A stretch of DNA of 26,180 bases from Myxococcota bacterium (GTDB taxonomy: Bacteria > Myxococcota > UBA4151): the NCBI GenBank assembly GCA_036338695.1, contig JAYZBQ010000008.1, positions 1-26,180 on the forward strand. Direction: 5' to 3'. Each line of letters opens with the position of its first letter. Position 1 is the first letter of the stretch. Shown piece after piece: positions 25,021 to 26,180 of the stretch. Position numbers and translations under genes: made by a program. The notes under the pieces were generated by a model. The model was not told where the DNA came from, ran no database searches, and was given only the letters and a program-made list of their open reading frames with translations.

Positions 25021-25332
25021 GGTGTCGCGCTACCTCAGCCGGGCGCAGACCGAGCAGACCGAATCAGACAGGAGGGCGCTGACGCGGTGGGGGAAGCGCA
25101 CGGAGCGGGCAGCCAAGGAGCAGAGTCGTTTCGGCGTCACAGGTTCTCCTTGTCGGCCTGGCTACACCCGTCGTGGGTTGCCTGCAATCCCTGGCGTGCT
25201 GCGCGCCGCGCGTGGCGCACGAGGCGCCGGGAAACCTGGGGATGACGATGGGCACCTTCGTCACTAGATAATTCTGTGTTTGTGATTTATCGACAATGAT
25301 CGCTCATTTCGTGCGGCAATTGACGTTTATAA

Positions 25333-25347
25333 TTGCGATTTGAGCAT
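25333..25347. promoter_or_regulatory. Putative LysR recognition site (T-N11-A) in an AT-rich divergent promoter
   Basis: TTGC-N7-GCAT imperfect palindrome within AT-rich 25265-25355, just upstream of the lysR start. Confidence 0.5.
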
Positions 25348-25374
25348 CATTTAGATGGATGTAGGTGAGGTCGA

Positions 25375-26180
25375 TTGGACAAGCTGCAAGCGATTCGTTT
25401 CTTTCTCAAGCTTGGCGATACCTTGAGCTTCAAGGGGACCGCCGCACACTTTGGGGTGCCCCCTTCGACGGTATCTCGTGCCATTAAGGCGCTCGAGCAG
25501 TCGCTTGGGACCTCACTGGTCGAGCGGACCACACGGCAGGTACGCCTCACCGAGACGGGAGCTTGGTACCGCAGCGAGGTGAGCGGCCCGCTCCGGGCGA
25601 TCGCTGCCGCCAATGAGGGCGCACAGGAGCGTGCGTCAGAGCCGGTCGGCACCGTTCGGCTGACTGCGCTGCCTGGCTATGGAGAGATCCGCCTTTTTGC
25701 TGTGCTCGAGCGTTTTCGCGCCGCGTATCCTCAGATCGTCTGCGATCTCGAGCTCACCGATCGATACCTCGACCTCTCCACCGGCGAGGTGGACGTGGCG
25801 TTGCGCGCAACCGCCGATCCGCCTGACTACATGATCGCTCGACGGTTGCATTCGAACCGGTTCACGCTGGTGGCTTCGCCCGCTTACCTTGAGCGGTGCG
25901 GGCGCCCGACATGTGTCAGCGAGGTGGCTGAGCATGCAGCGCTCGCCTACCGAGGGCCGGCTGGCGCCAAGCCGTGGCCTGCGATGCGGAGCGACGGTGA
26001 GCTGTTGATGATCGAGCGCCGTCCTGTGTTGATCAGTAACCATGGCTTGATGATCCTCGACGCAGCGATCGCTGGCGAGGGCATCGCTTATCTTCCGGTC
26101 TGGGGCGTCTCGGACGCGCTCGCTGACGGCCGGCTCGAAGAGATCGTACTTGGGGACGCGCAGGTGGGGCGCGTCGGCGC
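25375..26180 (+). CDS. LysR-family transcriptional regulator (CrgA-like), 3'-truncated; not in ORF track
   Basis: GGTGAGG RBS then TTG 25375. MDKLQAIRFFLKLGDTLSFKGTAAHFGVPPSTVSRAIKALEQSLGTSLVERTTRQVRLTETG HTH, then GTVRLTA, YPQI, DVALR, VASPAYL. Open to the window edge. Confidence 0.95.
   Translation, partial: MDKLQAIRFFLKLGDTLSFKGTAAHFGVPPSTVSRAIKALEQSLGTSLVERTTRQVRLTETGAWYRSEVSGPLRAIAAANEGAQERASEPVGTVRLTALPGYGEIRLFAVLERFRAAYPQIVCDLELTDRYLDLSTGEVDVALRATADPPDYMIARRLHSNRFTLVASPAYLERCGRPTCVSEVAEHAALAYRGPAGAKPWPAMRSDGELLMIERRPVLISNHGLMILDAAIAGEGIAYLPVWGVSDALADGRLEEIVLGDAQVGRVG

Noticed and set aside
1..26180. CRISPR arrays, tRNA/rRNA genes, IS elements, prophage or defence genes
   Set aside because: No regularly spaced repeats, cloverleaf structures, transposase or integrase motifs were seen, and coding density leaves little room.

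Overview
GC-rich bacterial DNA. Gene content and order suggest Myxococcota or a related deltaproteobacterium, which is an inference. Most of the window (2001-21563, + strand) is one largely overlapping division/cell-wall (dcw) operon: mraZ-rsmH-ftsL-ftsI-murE-murF-mraY-murD-ftsW-murG-murC-murB-like-ftsQ-ftsA-ftsZ, extended by a CinA-C/PncC gene and a second, divergent ftsA paralogue. The operon is atypical: ddl is absent, the MurB homologue has lost its FAD-binding and catalytic motifs, FtsZ is about 690 aa with an acidic N-terminal extension and a linker of about 290 aa, and FtsA2 has eroded nucleotide-binding loops. Upstream lie a truncated hypothetical gene, a probable outer-membrane beta-barrel gene and a small tatA missed by the ORF track. 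Downstream, a separate coupled pair encodes a DUF1521/MIIA-like (NopE-like) protein with long beta-rich insertions and a SycD/LcrH-like TPR protein. This pair is a candidate orphan type III secretion substrate-chaperone module and the most novel-looking element. The window ends with a yaiI-family gene, a SAM-methyltransferase-like gene and a truncated divergent LysR regulator. No RNA genes, CRISPR arrays or mobile elements were seen. All family calls come from recognising motifs by eye, not from database searches.
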